DNA from: Vicugna vicugna
Taxonomy: Eukaryota
Assembly: GCA_013265495.1 (NCBI GenBank)
Contig: MU057744.1
Span: forward strand, 682,001 to 746,000
DNA length: 64,000 bases
Direction of reading: 5' to 3'
Shown here in pieces: positions 1 to 13,387 of this stretch. Below the pieces are notes generated by a model, which saw only the letters and a list, made by a program, of their open reading frames with translations, ran no database searches and was not told the DNA's origin. Made by a program: the position numbers and the translations under genes. How positions within the stretch are numbered: the stretch's first letter is position 1; every line of letters starts with the position of its first letter.

Positions 1-147
1 ATCACAAGAAAAAAATTGTACCTATGTTCAGGGGATGGATGTTAACTAGACTTATTGAGGTGATCATTTCACAATACATACAAACATCAAATCACTCTAG
101 GATACACCTGAACCTCGTGTAATGCTGTATGTTAAGTGTATCTCAAA
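1..147 (+). mobile_element. L1MA9-like LINE-1 3' end
   Basis: atcacaagaaaaaaattgtac...gatggatgttaactagacttattg..gtgatcatttc...tatctcaa is the typical L1MA9 terminus. Confidence 0.7.
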
Positions 148-809
148 AGCAAAACCCACACATTTCTAACTCCTTTTTGGGGAGAAGGGGAGAGCTATAA
201 AATTTAGATACTATTTCTAAGTAAGTCTCAGAGTAAGGCAAGAAAGGAGAAATAATTTCACCCAATAGTGAAAAGCTTAAATACCAAAAATCCATCTTCA
301 AATGTGGGAGAAATACACACTTTTATAGAACTAGTCCGCTCAGAGGTATTTAAACAGACACGCACACACTCAATGTATCTTGCTAACGAATAATTTGTGT
401 TCCTTTGAAAGTTATGCCAGAGGCTACTGCCTCATTCACTTCTCCCTGGTCCCAGCCCTGAAAATTGAAACCATCTTGAGGAACTTGTACGATTTGAGGC
501 ATTAAGGGAAAGCAACCCACAAAGTCTCTCCTACCAACATTCAAAATTCACCAACCCTAAGTTATGACTTTATGATTATTACTGTTCTCTTCCTCTCACA
601 CACATGAAAACACACACTCTTCCTCTTTAGTCCTTTATTAAAATGGAAATACTTACAGTATGATAATAGTAAGCAGGGAACACTCCTGCATGGGAGGTGC
701 TTTCAGTCCCACTTTATGATGAAGAAACTGAGGGTCAGAGAGATTCAGAAGCAAATGCAGCCTCTGCAGAGACTGGTTTCAAAATTTACCTCCGTCACAC
801 TTCCTCTAA

Positions 810-984
810 CTTCACTGTCCCCAGCCTCAGATTCCTTTCGAGTAAAATGAGAACTCACTAATTGTCTAGACTTCATTGGTCTACAAAAGGATTAAATAAG
901 ATAATTTACTTCAAGTACTCAGCTCAGCGCCTTGCGCATAACAAGTGTTCAGTCGATGATGATGACGATGATGATGACGATGAT
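810..984 (+). mobile_element. MIR SINE with a (GAT/GAC)10 tail at 955-984
   Basis: cctcagattcc..gtaaaatgag...ggattaaataagataat core, followed by a 30-nt triplet repeat. Confidence 0.55.
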
Positions 985-1437
985 GTAATTGGCCAAATAT
1001 CAGCCACTGCAAAGAGGCGACGTCTTGCTGCTTCAGAACTCCCAGAATTTCCTCTTCCACAGGCTGGGCTCCAAGCCCAGGTAGGTGGGAAGGTAAACGG
1101 CAAAGCGTATCTCTTTACCTCCTTCAAATTAATGACAGATTTTGAACCGCCACAGATACCACCTTCAAAATGTGGCATTGCTGTGACCTTTCCCATCAGC
1201 AGGGCCGGTTGGAGAAGCAGCAGAGGGACAGTTCCCCGAGTCACCGGGGAGTCACCTGCCCTCACAGGTCCAGCATACCATCCAGCCTAGTTTGGCAAAC
1301 AGGGTTGTTTCCAGCTGTCCCTTCGAACAGCTACTCCACAGCCGCACACTCCACAATCACACATTTCCCCCGCTCCTCTTCATTGCTCCGTCTCCTCCAC
1401 CAACACACATACTTTTTGCAACCTGGACTCCATATTT

Positions 1438-1712
1438 NNNNNNNNNNNNNNNNNNNNNNNNNNNNNNNNNNNNNNNNNNNNNNNNNNNNNNNNNNNNNNN
1501 NNNNNNNNNNNNNNNNNNNNNNNNNNNNNNNNNNNNNNNNNNNNNNNNNNNNNNNNNNNNNNNNNNNNNNNNNNNNNNNNNNNNNNNNNNNNNNNNNNNN
1601 NNNNNNNNNNNNNNNNNNNNNNNNNNNNNNNNNNNNNNNNNNNNNNNNNNNNNNNNNNNNNNNNNNNNNNNNNNNNNNNNNNNNNNNNNNNNNNNNNNNN
1701 NNNNNNNNNNNN
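1438..1712. other. Assembly gap (275 N)
   Basis: Run of N. Confidence 1.
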
Positions 1713-2024
1713 TCAATTCCTGGGAGCACAAGACACTGAGCTGAATCTAGCATCAGCCCCTCTGCCGCTGGCTCCCGCCCTTCGTCCTGGTTATCCTGAA
1801 CGGAGCGCCCCGCTCCTTCTGAGAGGCCTCTAGTTTTCTCGAGGACTTTCCTCTGCAATTATCCCCTCTCTCCAACACCATCTGTTTCTCCCTCCGGCTA
1901 GCAGTCTTCTGGACATACAAATTATTTCCACGGTCCCATCTTTACAAAAAAACTTCGAGCCCACATTCTCCTTTGGCTATGGCTCCATCGCTTCACTTCC
2001 TCTTCCAGGAAAACTGTCCACACA

Positions 2025-2392
2025 CTTTTCTCTCCAGATATATGCCCGCAGTGGGGTGGCTGGATCACAGGGTAAATATATTTTCAGTCTTTTTAAGGTA
2101 CCTCCATACTGTCCTCCATAGTGGCTGCCCCAAACTACATTCCCACCAGCAGTGTAGGAGGGTTCCCTTTTCTCCACACCTTCTCCAGCATTTGTCATTT
2201 GTGGGCTTTTTAATGACAGCCATTCTGGCTGCTGTGAGCTGATACCTCATTGTACTTTTGATCTGCATTTCTCTGATATGTAGCGATACTGAGCCTTTTT
2301 TCACGTACCTGTTAGCCATTTGCATGTCTTCACCAGAGAAATGTTTGTTTAGGTCTTCTGCCCACTTTTGGATTGGGTGGTTTGTCTTTTTG
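2025..2392 (-). mobile_element. LINE-1 ORF2 C-terminal fragment
   Basis: ORF 2065..2400 reads [12 protein letters not shown]...[12 protein letters not shown]...[26 protein letters not shown], the L1 ORF2 Cys-rich C-terminus. Confidence 0.9.
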
Positions 2393-2449
2393 GTCCACAC
2401 CCTTTTCTCTCTTCCTTTCTTCTAGCCCCTCCCGCTGGCCCTGGCCCTT

Positions 2450-2670
2450 TCCTTTCCACTAAAACTGCTCTCTCAAGGCCGTCAGGGATGCTGCCTCATC
2501 ACGGAAGCCCCTGTAAATCAGTCGTTCCTCCATCCCCACTGGACTTGGCCTCTCAGCAGCACTGGGCACCAGTGACCACTCTCCTGCTTAAGCACCGTCT
2601 TTCCTTGGCTTCTGGTATGACATTCTCCTGGGTTTTGCAGGCTTTGCCTCACCCAAGATCTCTGAATTCT
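2450..2670 (+). mobile_element. L2 LINE fragment
   Basis: accactctcctgct...tctttccttggcttctggtatgacattctcctgggtttt resembles L2. Confidence 0.5.
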
Positions 2671-3629
2671 GGTGGATCCCAGTTGAATTAGTTTGCTAGG
2701 CTCTGGCTATGTGTGCATTCGGGACACGCCACTGCTTGGCCAGAACAGTGGATCCGTAGGGGAACCAGGGTCCCCATAGCAGGACATGTCTGAATCTGAA
2801 TCTAAGCTGTAGGGCGCTCGGGCACCCTCTAAACAGCACGCATCTTTAAAGTTCTGGCACCAGACCCCCTGCTCCAGGCTTTGAAATAAAATCAAAGCTT
2901 GCTTTGGCCTTGACCCAAGCTTTGGTCTAATAATGGGTAGGTATGTCTACGGCAGCTTTTTATTTATTTCTTTATTTAACTCTTCTCCTTTAATGACAGG
3001 AAAACAGTCTTTGAGTTTCTTGGCATCTGAGAGGTGAGGCATGCATTTTATAGACACAGAGTTAGTTGAAAGGGGAACGACTTGCATGAGGCCAGACGGT
3101 GATTCCAAGAACATGGCAGGTTCGCCACCACGAACCCCTGAGCCTGCTGCCCATCTTCTCATCCCTCCCCTGGACCAGGTGGATCTGGCCACTGAGATGA
3201 GAAGACACAGACACCCAAGTTCATGGCACTTGGAAAGTCGCATTTCTGTGCTGCCCAGCGGGGTAAACAAGCACAGGTGGTGGGTTTCTTCCTTCCCAGC
3301 AGCTCCTGTGCCACCCGACTTCTGAAAGTCAGCCAGCACTCTTTCTGCAGCAAGTGTGTGCTGGGTTCTGCGCAAAACAGCGTTATCAGAAAAACAGAAA
3401 AGGTGAGCTGTGACATTGACTCCCATTGCCCCCAGGAGTCTTTGTCCCTGAGCTGGAAGACATGCCATCTTGCATTTTCCCGTTAGGGATGGAGACATTT
3501 TACTTGTCACCCATAGAAACCCTCCCCTGTGCTTGGGCCTAGAGGTGTTAGTAACAGCATCCTTCACCCACTGAACACCTATTTCAGCCGGCTACCAGTG
3601 GGCGTGGTGTGTGTGCCCTCTATTTAATC

Positions 3630-3880
3630 CTTGTGATAACAACTGTTTATCGAGCCACTACCATGTGCTGGACACTGCTGGGGACAGGACAGACACGAGA
3701 AAATTGGGCACAGGTCCTCAGAGTTGTGTAGTCTAGTGTGGAAGACACAATCGCGATCAGGAAGTGATAATACAGCATAAGGGCAAAGAGGTGACCCCAG
3801 GCGGCTTTGGGAGCACATGGAGAGAAACCCTAACCCAGTTTTGGGGAGCCCAGGAAGACTTCTCATGGGAAGTGATGTCT
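3630..3880 (-). mobile_element. L2 3' fragment
   Basis: tttatcgagccactaccatgtgctggacactgctggggac...tagtctagtgtggaagaca. Confidence 0.5.
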
Positions 3881-3937
3881 AAGCGCTATTTGATGGAAAT
3901 TGTTATCTCCCGTGTTACCTCTGAGCCTCAAAGAGTT

Positions 3938-4408
3938 TGTGGAAGACAGAATACTGGCCCCCAAAGATGCCCACATCCTAATCCCCAGAACCTATGAGTG
4001 TGGTACCTTACGGTAAAAAAAAAGAGACTTTGCTGATGTGGTTAAGTTAAACGTCTTGAGATGGGGAGATTATTTGGGGTTAACTGGGTAGGCCCGATGT
4101 GACCACATACAATCCCTTATGAGGGGGAAGCAAGAAGGCCAAAGTCAGTTGGGGGAGATGGAAGAAGTTGGGGTGATGGGAGGAAGGGGCCACAAGCCAA
4201 GGAACACAGGCGGCCTCTGGAAGCTGGAAACAGTAGGGAAAAACAGTCTCCTTCCAACTCTCCCAAAGGAAACTGCCCTGCCAACACTTGGCTTTCATCT
4301 GTAGGACGCATTTTGGACTTGTTCTAGAACTGTACTGGAATACATTCCTGTGGCTTTAAGCTACTAGGTTTGTGTAATATATTACAGCAGCTGTAGACAA
4401 GCCATGTA
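3938..4408 (+). mobile_element. MLT1D-like ERVL-MaLR solo LTR
   Basis: tgtggaagacagaatactggcccccaaagatgcccacatcctaatccccagaacc...cttgagatggggagattat...ttacagcagc. Confidence 0.8.
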
Positions 4409-4539
4409 GATTTTAAGTAATAATTTGCCCCATGTCACAGATGAGATAGGATGGAGCCAAGATTAGAAACAAGAGTGAATATGCCAAAGCCTGGGTGGTC
4501 TTTCCCCAAAGCTCACGTTACCTCTCAGGAAGTGCCTTG

Positions 4540-5244
4540 AGATTCCTTAGAAAACTGGAGATAGACTGACCCTGCGATCCAGCCATCCCACTCCTGGGCA
4601 AGTATCCAGAGGAAACTCTAATTGAAAAAGATACACGCACCCAAATGTTCATAGGAGCACTATTTACAGTAGCCAAGACATGGAAGCAACCTAAATGTCC
4701 ACCAACAGATGACTGGATAAAGACTAATAAAGATGACGTAGTACATATACAGTGGAACACTGCTCAGCCATAAAAAACAATGCCTTTTGCAGCAACATGG
4801 ATGGACTTGGAAACTGTCATTCTAAGAGAAGCAAGCCAGAAAGAGAAAGAAAAATATCATATGATATCACTCTTATGTGGAATCTAAAGAAAAAAAAAAA
4901 GACACAAACTTATTTATAAAACACAGACTCACAGACATAGACAACAAACTTATGGTTACCAGAGGGGAAAGGGGTTGGTGGAGGGATAATTGAGAGCTCA
5001 GGATTTGCAGATACACAGTACTGTATATAAAGCAGACAAACAACACGGTCCTACTGTACAGCACAGAGAACTATATTCAATACCTTGTAATGCCTTATAA
5101 TAAAAAAGAATATGAAAAGGAATATATATATATATATGTATAACTGAATCACTATGCTGTACACCAGAAACTAACACAACATTGTAAATCAACTATATGT
5201 CAATTAAATAAATAAAAGTATAAAACAAAAAATCACAACAAAAA
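4540..5244 (+). mobile_element. 5'-truncated camelid LINE-1 (ORF2 end, 3' UTR, A tail)
   Basis: gcagcaacatggatggac...gtggaatctaaa...acagactcacagacatag...gctgtacaccagaaactaacacaacattgtaaatcaactat. Imperfect TSD gaagtgccttg/gaagctccttg. Confidence 0.9.
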
Positions 5245-5674
5245 GAAGCTCCTTGGGTACCTGCTCAGTATGTTTTGAAGGGCTTGTCTGCCGGCTCCTT
5301 CCCTTCTGTCTTGCCTAAGGCACAGTGTGAACTTATGTAGATGGTAAGTGGCATTCGATGCTAACACGCATAGGATGCCAGAGAGAGGACGCTGGGATCG
5401 GTGCCTCGTGTTTTGAACAGGACGGTGGAAAGCGAAGTGGATTAAAGTGAAGAGACTTAGGCTCTGGTCGTAGTGCTGTAACCAGCCCCAGGACTTGAGC
5501 CAATCCTTCCACATTTCCAGGCCTCATTTTGCTTATCTGCAAAATAAGGACTTGAGTGTAATGGTTTTTAATATTGCTTTAGTCTTAACATTCTACAATT
5601 TTCCAAGACTACTGGGATGGCCTATCCCTCCCCTCTGGCACATATACTTTGAAGCCATTAAACCCCTCATGGGA

Positions 5675-5880
5675 TTTGCAAATGTTAACCACTATATATA
5701 AAAACAGATAAAAAACCAAATTTCTTCTGTACAGCACAGGGAACTATATTCAATATCTTGTAAAAACCTTTAATGACAAAGAATATGAAAATGAATATAC
5801 GTGTGTATATGCATGACTGCGATGCTGTGCTGTACACCAGAAATTGACACATTGTAACTGACTGTACTTCAAAAAAACAA
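5675..5880 (+). mobile_element. Short 5'-truncated camelid LINE-1 3' end
   Basis: L1 3' UTR flanked by a perfect TSD ccctcatggga (5664-5674 and 5881-5891). Confidence 0.9.
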
Positions 5881-6904
5881 CCCTCATGGGAGTTCAGTTT
5901 TAGCCACAGGGATGCCAGTTCATTTATTATTTAACCAAGGAAAAAGCAAAGAAAGCTCTCCTCTTCCAAAGAGGCCAGTGTTAGCAGCGATCGTTTTAAA
6001 TTCCTTGAGTTTCTGAAACTTTGCAGGTCAAGCTGAGAGATTAATTAGCCACTGGCAAATTTGAAGAGGATGTCCTCGGTTTGTAGAGTCTGTCATTGCA
6101 CATGAATGGTTCCAGATGAACAGCAGTTCTAGCTAATTCTGGACATGGCCACCCTCCATCATCTGGTGCCGAGCCTGAAAGGAGAGCTCGAAATCAGACC
6201 TGGATCTCTGGCAAAAGACCGTAGAGGCCCCAGTACAGCAGGGCCAAGGCTGACTCAGATTATGTGTTCAAACTAAATGCCAGTGTGTTAACCCCGAGCG
6301 ATTCTGAGGCTTTAGTTGTGCTGGAGTGACACCCTGTGGGTTTCAAGTGACCTTAATACTCGGCACATCACAGCTTTGCAACTTCAAAGCATGGAAACCA
6401 CAGCACAAATTTCCCTCCAGTTTTCTGAGCTGGTCCCGGTACGGTTCCCGGAATGCTGCTGACATCACCCAAATTGCTCCCTCGACGTTTCTGCCTGCAG
6501 AGGCCTGGGGACACTTCGGCAAGTGTATCGATCAACAAGTAACTAAACACTCCCATGGCCTGAAAATACTTCTCCTTCTTGACCTTCTCTGTACAGCTCA
6601 AAACCATCATCAGACTCTCCCAGAACCTGTTTCCACATGACCCTACGATGCTTGACGCCACCCCCTCTCCTGGGCTGTGCCTGTTTGGTCTCCACCTGTT
6701 TTCCCTTCTTTCCTTCACTGCTCGTCTTAGTCTTCCGTTTCCACGCTTGGTGCTCAATGCTTTCCTCTGCCGGTTTACCTCTGTTGACAACCTCGTCCAA
6801 CCAGTGTTTGCTGAACACCCTACAGCGGAGGGCCCTGAAGTCCTCGGAGAGCTCTGAGTCCTCTCTGGAGCCTCGGTTCCCACCAGACTGAAGGTGCTGG
6901 GGTC

Positions 6905-7090
6905 ACGGAGCCCAGGCTGGTTCTCAGCTCCGCTGCCCAGAGAAGCTGCGTGAATGTGGAAAGGGACTTAAGCCTCGGTCTCCTCATCTGTAAAATGGGG
7001 AGAGTAATAGAATGGACCTCATGATGTTGCAGTAAGCATGAAAGAAGTGAATGCTGTAGAGTGGTTGGTACCTAGCAGCCACTTAATACA
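6905..7090 (+). mobile_element. MIR SINE
   Basis: gcctcggtctcctcatctgtaaaatggggagagtaatag core. Confidence 0.7.
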
Positions 7091-7254
7091 CAGTCCGTAA
7101 TTTTTATGTGAATAACTGAGCTTCTTAACTTGCATACTTTGTTAGCAGATCCAAGGCACACCTCTCCCCCGAAAAACAAAACACTCACACCACCCCCTCC
7201 AGCAGCCCCCACTTCTCCTAGTGGTATCACCTGCCTTCCCAGTTTCTTTTTACT

Positions 7255-7460
7255 TTTTAAAAATTTTTTAAAAAGTTTATTGAAGTCTAGTTGATTTACA
7301 GTGTTTCAGGTGTACAGCAAAGCAATTCAGTTACATATACATATTCTTTTTCAGATTTTTTCCCAGTACAGGTTATTGATGTTGAACATAGTTCCCTGTG
7401 CTGTGCAGTGGGTCCTTGTTGTTTCTCTAGTTTATATGCAGTAGTGCGTGTCTGCTAATC
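7255..7460 (-). mobile_element. Camelid LINE-1 3' end
   Basis: ttattgaagtctagttgatttacagtgtttcaggtgtacagcaaag...atagttccctgtgctg. Confidence 0.85.
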
Positions 7461-7469
7461 CTACCTGCC

Positions 7470-7800
7470 TGTCCATTATCTAGACCCAAGAGTTGGAAGT
7501 CAATTTCTAGCCTCTCTCTTTTTCTGTCCCCGTACCTAATGAATTGCCAAATCCTACCTCTTAGTGCAGATCTGGCTTTTCCTCTCCATTCCCATCCTCC
7601 ATAGCCCAATTTACACCGATTCCTGTCCCAGTTCCCTAACCAATCTCCCTTCCTCTCAGGTTCCTGTGCTCCAGTCCACCCACGTTCACCTTGGCACAGA
7701 GCTGTCATCACACACTCGCCTGATCCTAAACACACGTCCACTGACTCACCCTCCTAGCTGAATGAAAGCCAGTTCCCTGGGGTAACATTCAAGTTCCTAC
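7470..7800 (+). mobile_element. L2 fragment
   Basis: Pyrimidine-rich L2-like sequence (ccaaatcctacctc...ccaatctccc...ctccagtcc). Confidence 0.45.
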
Positions 7801-7941
7801 ACAGCAGGGTGGAGGCTTGGCTCAGTCTGTGGGAGGGGTGGAGAGAGGACTGCCCTCCGGATGGCTGGAGTAGGCATTAGCTTGGGGTGGGGAAAGTGGG
7901 AGTTAGTGAGAAATATTAAAAAATCATGTGGACATGGATAG

Positions 7942-9040
7942 CATTCAATCACAAATATTTATCAAACATCTGCTAAGTGCCAGACACAATGGCTGCGGGT
8001 TGGGAATGTAGCAATGAAGGTAACTGTCTATGTTCTCAAAAAATTCACAGTCAGAGAGGGACCTGGGGGAATCAGGGGCCGTCATAAGACAGCCTGGAAA
8101 CTGCTGAGCGCCTCCATGGAAACACGCAGGAGTGGCTCCCACACATGCAGGGGTTGGTGGGGAGGGAGGAAAGCTTCCAGGAGGAAAGGCATCCTAGCAG
8201 AGACAGAAGCACAAAGACTCACTCAGCCAGGTAAGAGCGGAGGGATGAGGGTAGGGAGGGGGTGTTCACAGCAGCCAGGCCAGGGAAGCCACCTAGGTGT
8301 CCATCCACAGAACACTGGATAAAGAAGCTGTGGTATATCTATACAACGGAATACTACTCAGCCAGAAAAAGGAATGAAACAGTGTCATTTTCAGCAACAT
8401 GGATGGACCTAGAGAGGATCACACTAAGTGAAGTCAGTCAGACAGAGAAAGACAAATACCATATGATATTGCTTATATGTGGAATGTAAAAAATTGAGAC
8501 AGACTCACAGACACAGAAAACAAACATTGTTACCAGGAGGGAAAGAGGTTGGGAAGGGATAAATTGGGTGTTTGTGATTTGCAGGTACACACACTACTAT
8601 ATATAAAATAGATAAATGACAAGACCCTACTGTATACACAGGGGACTATATTCAATACATTGTAGTAACCTAAAATAGAAAAGAATCTGAGAAAGAATTC
8701 ATACATGTATATGTATAACTGAATCACTATGCTGTACACTAGAAACTAACAGAACATTGTAAATCAATTATATTTCAATTAAAAGAAAAAAAAAACAGGT
8801 GAGGGGATCTCCTAGACCTGCCAAGAAACAGAGAGACCTTGGTGTGTTGGTGCCAGGGGGCTGAGGCCGTGCTGGGGACAGAGGTCAGGGCGCTAAGAGG
8901 TAAGACTAACAAGGTCAGCAAAGACTGGGTTGGGAAGACCTTTCTGTACCAGGGTAGCAGGGTTGCATTTATCCCGAGGCTAACCTGGAGCCACTGACAA
9001 GTTTTAAGCTGAGAATAGTCTCAACAGATTTTCTTTATTA
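7942..9040 (-). mobile_element. L2 3' region interrupted by an L1 at 8262-8797
   Basis: cattcaatcacaaatatttatcaaacatctgctaagtgccagacac terminus; L2-like sequence resumes at 8800-9040. Confidence 0.55.
8262..8797 (+). mobile_element. 5'-truncated camelid LINE-1
   Basis: ggaatactactcagcc...ttcagcaacatggatggacctagag...cttatatgtggaat...aatcaattatatttcaattaaaa. Confidence 0.9.
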
Positions 9041-9115
9041 TCAGAAGCTGAGAAAAAGGCCAGGATTTTGGTTAAGAGGCTACATACACCAAACATTAGA
9101 ACTCAATTTCAGTAG

Positions 9116-9599
9116 CAGGCTGACCCCGGACATACTGTGGGTTTAGTTCCAGACCACTGCAATAAAGTAAGTCCCACAACTTTTTTGGGTTCCCGGTGCA
9201 TAGAAAAGTTATGCTCACACTCTGCTATAGTTTGTCATGCACAATGGCATTGTGTCAAAAGAAGACCATGTACCTACCTTAATTTAAAAATGCTTCATTG
9301 CTAAAAACTGTTGACCATCCCCTGAGCCTTCAGTGAGTCGTAGCAGTGACATCAGAGATTGCTGATCACAGATCCCCATAACAGAATAATCAGGACAAAG
9401 TTGTAAATATTGCGAGAATTACAGTCTTTCATGACACAGAGACACAAGGTGAGCCAGTGCTGTTGGAAAAACAGCCCTGATAGATTTGCTCAACACACGG
9501 TGCCCTAAAACTTTCATTGGTAAAAAAAACAAAACAAAAACAAAACACAGTATCTGCAAAGCGTCATAAAGCCAAGGGCAATAAAACGAGATATGCCTG
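9116..9599 (-). mobile_element. Tigger1-derived non-autonomous DNA transposon (TcMar-Tigger)
   Basis: Termini caggctgacc... and ...gcaataaaacgagatatgcctg followed by TA. The body matches both ends of Tigger1 with the transposase region deleted. Confidence 0.8.
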
Positions 9600-10534
9600 T
9601 AATACAATATCTGAAATAACTTCAAGTTTAAGACACTTAATTGGACTTGTTTCTTCCCCTCTGACCCTCACAGTTTATAAGTAACCAGGGAAGTCATCAA
9701 CTGATGTAAGTTGTCTAGATAAATACTGCTGAGGACCCTAATTTAGGATGTCAGAGTCAGAAAGGACTCCAGACGGGGTCGGCTTAAAAATAAAGACATT
9801 GGTGCAGTGAATGATGGTCCTTGCTTTTTTCTGGTTTGTTGCCTTGATTTAGTGCTGTATGTGGCCCTGAGAAACTGTTAAATAACCCAAGATGGGGTGC
9901 ACTGAGGAGCCCCTAGGCCTGGCCCGGTCCAACACCCCCCTTCTCAGGGAGATGTGATCACGGTTGACTGCCCACAATGAGCCTGAAGCAGGTTCACCAG
10001 GCAAGAGATGAGAATGAGCTGGTGGGGTCAGGCATCCCAGAGGAGGAGACTTGGGTCCCATTATGGTAACAGGTATTGGTCCTTTGAGACTAATTTGAAA
10101 GACAGAGACATAATCTCCCCTCCGGGTCCAGACTCAAAGACGGGCTTAATAGAATTTGGTCATATGCAGCATGTATCATTAGGAAAAAAGGTATCTTGAT
10201 GGCTTCATCATTACAGGGGCTGCTGTAGCATTATGGGACTGCCCTGGAAAAGGGTATTAGTCACAGAGTGGAGGGGACTTCGATTTGATTATTTCCCACA
10301 ATGAAGGTCGAAGAAGTGGCCCCCCTAAACCCCAGGTATTTTTTAAAGTACCTGGAAATTTCAGCACCACTCCAGCTATAACTCTTCCCTGTCTAGCAGA
10401 CTGCAATAACTGGTGTCACCAACCTGGGGGACATCTCCAGGCCTCTGAGTTAACTCTCTAGAGTATACTTATATTTCAGAAAGCTGCTGCATTTCTGTGC
10501 TGTCTGCACAGCAGTGAGGTTTCATACGCACACA

Positions 10535-10750
10535 GCATTGTATCGTGCAGGCTCTGAGAGAACTGCCTGGGTTCATGATCTGGGTTCATAACCCGGTGTC
10601 TGCTGTGCAACTTGGAGTAAGTTACTTAACCTCTCTGTTAAGGAGCCTCTGGCTCCTCAAATCTAAAATGGGGATAAAAATATCTACATTATAGATTTGT
10701 TATGAGGATTAAAAGAGGAAATTCATGTAAAATGCTTAGCATGGTAAATG
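10535..10750 (+). mobile_element. MIR SINE
   Basis: caacttggagtaagttacttaacctctctg...ctaaaatgggataa...gttatgaggattaaa. Confidence 0.75.
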
Positions 10751-11949
10751 CGTTCCAGAAAGTCACTGCTTTTTCCGTTTGTGGATTTCTGTTGTTCTGT
10801 TGGGATAGTCACGCCAGGGGAAAAGAAGTCACAGGGACAACCATCACTGTGACTGTTGGCTATTACTGTTATGCCCGTTCCAGTTACAATTTGAAACAAT
10901 CTTGTTCACTTGTCACCATATTGATGGTGTCAGTTATGACACTGGGTGATCAATGTCAACACAATATTTGACTTCTTCTTCTATAATTTACCTGCTTGTG
11001 TCATTTGCCTGCTTTTGAATTATGGGTGAGTCCTTTTTTCCTTATTAATCTCAACTGAAATCTACCTGCACGCTTTCAAATGACAGTATGTCAAGGCTCT
11101 TAGACCGTGAGCGAAATGAAGCAGCCTGGCCCTGGTCTGCCCTGAAACCCAGCCGATTTCACCCGCCCCTTTAGTTTGCCCACGTCGTCCCACAGACTTC
11201 CCTTTCACACTATCAGCTCTTTTGCAAGAACAATTTACACCTCTTTTTCTTCCTCTTAATCCTTTTGTCACTTCCCATTTCCCCAAAATACTCAGGCTCT
11301 CCTCCCCCACTCAAGAGACACTGACGATGAGATTCTGTACATAAGCCGCTGCGGACCCTAGAGGGAACGCTGAAATCAAGTGGAAAACTTCACTCCAAGT
11401 ACCCCAGCATCCTCCGCTACGTGGCTGTAAACTGCATTTATTTGGCCAATCACCTGCCATCTACAGAGCCTGCACGCTGTGTCAGACAGGGTGCTGGCCC
11501 CTATCCAAAGATGGGAGGGCGTGGACCAAGGCATAAGGATCTCAGACCAAAGAGAGGACCCTGAAAGGAGACACCGGACTCGGTGAAGTGGCTGCCGTGA
11601 ACCTGTAAACGGGGGGCGAGCAGAGGGCAAGGCGCTGCGTGTGCTGTGTATGAAACACGTCTGTGCTGAAGGCATATATATTTGAGTGTTTGTTTGCCAT
11701 CTTTTCCTTAATGAAGCCCCGGAAGACAGAGTCCCTGTCATCTTTTCTCTCGGCCTCGTGGGGCCCCAGGGCTCTATCCTCAAGCAGCCTTTCCCTTCAG
11801 TGTCCATGTACCAGAGCTGTGTAGTGTCAGGAAACCAGGACGCAGTCCAGCCAGCACAGATCCCGTTCCAGCTGACTTCTCAAGCCCGGATTTCATCCCA
11901 AAAGAGCAACAGAAATCTGCAAATGAAAAACAAGTTGCTTTTTGAAACG

Positions 11950-12135
11950 CACTTACTGTGCTGAGCACTTTATACAAATTATCTCTTTAAAATCTCATAA
12001 CCAGCCTATTAGGTTTATTATCTCCATTTTAGAGATGAGGCGTCAGGGGCACAGAGAGGGTGAATAACTTGCTCAAGATCACACAGCTGATAAGTGGTGG
12101 TTCCAGACCATGAAGCCAGGCAGTTCTCTCACAAG
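11950..12135 (-). mobile_element. MIR SINE
   Basis: ctccattttagagatgagg..ggcacagagagggtgaataacttgctcaagatcacacagct. Confidence 0.75.
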
Positions 12136-12569
12136 ATCCTACACTGTAGAGTACTGCCTGCTGTGAAATCTCACTGTTACACAGATGAAATTTAAAAAGA
12201 GAGATAGCCCACTCACTTATTAGATCAGCAAAGACTAGGGAGCTGAATGATGGCCAGGGAGGGGGTGGCGGGGGCCTGGGGGAAGGTGTGTCCCGCAACT
12301 CCATGCCTCCTCTCCTAACAGTAGTCAGAATTCGTTCAGGTAGCCGCCTGCCTCCACCTCCAGGATGGAATCCAAGTAGTCCAAGCCAGTATTTTTCAGA
12401 CTGTAAACACGAAGTTTGTTTGCTGGTTCACAATCAGGGTCTCTCTAAAAGATGAAGTCGAGTGAAAATATGGCACCTTTCATCTGGAGTTCTGGCTTGT
12501 GGGAGAAAGTAGACGTCTCTGTTGCTTAAGCCAGTGTGCACTGGGGTTGTTGCTCCTGTGCAGCGCAAC

Positions 12570-13385
12570 GCATCCTGGGCGATCCACTAAAAGTGTGAAC
12601 TGTGCAATATTTCCGGAGGGCAATCTGACTATGCGTGTCAAAAACTTAGCTAAACATACTCAGCAACGCCTCTTCTGGGGACATATCTCAAAGGAGAAGT
12701 TTGCAAGGATAGTCTAAAAGGGTGTTCGTGGAATCAATATTTTTAGTAGCAAAAAAACAGAAATGACTTAAATAATCACCAACAGAGATTATATAAAATA
12801 TTTTGCATTCCGGATTCTATACGATGGAAAACCCTGCAATCAGTAATGTGATGAGATTTATAAGTTAGTGAATTGCTCACATCCTGGCTTAGCATACATA
12901 AATGACACAACCAGGAAATTAGTCAAGCCACTGAGTCAAAATAAAAAGTTAAGACACCTGCGAATTTTGCAACCTCTGATGTATAATAATGGGTGGCGGC
13001 AAAAGTCCTCACTAGATGCTAAAAACATTGGGTTAAAGGTTGTAGGAGCAAGATGTTCGCATGGTCTCAAAGGGTCACTCCTGAGGTTATTTACTGATTA
13101 CAAGAGGGCGGAGAAACCTTCACATTGGGGACATCTGGCAGATGCCACTTTAACCAAGTGATCAGACTCTGTGATCCCAATAATGAGACACCATGAGCCT
13201 CCGGCCGTGATGCTTTGTAAAGTAGCAATTCCACCTAAGTCGTATTCTTGTCAGAAAGGTTAAACCAGATCTAGTCAAATGGAGACAAAGACTGGCAGTA
13301 GGGTCTTCTATAAGACGACTGGCCTGGATTGTTCAAAAGTGTCCATGTCCTGAGAGGGGGAAAAATGCAGGAGAGAACATTCTAG
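12570..13385 (+). mobile_element. Ancient L1ME/L1MC-type fragments
   Basis: ttccggagggcaatctgactatg...aaccaagtgatca...gactggcctggattgttcaaaagtgtccatgtc. Confidence 0.5.
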
Positions 13386-13387
13386 AA

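Noticed and set aside
862-1290. 142-aa ORF with a D10 acidic run
   Set aside because: The run is a (GAT/GAC)10 repeat at the end of a MIR; the rest resembles no protein I know.
1170-1858. ORFs spanning N runs (also 50579-50883)
   Set aside because: Artefacts of translating assembly gaps.
2947-3567. 206-aa minus-strand ORF
   Set aside because: Non-ATG start, no recognisable domain, no supporting exon structure.
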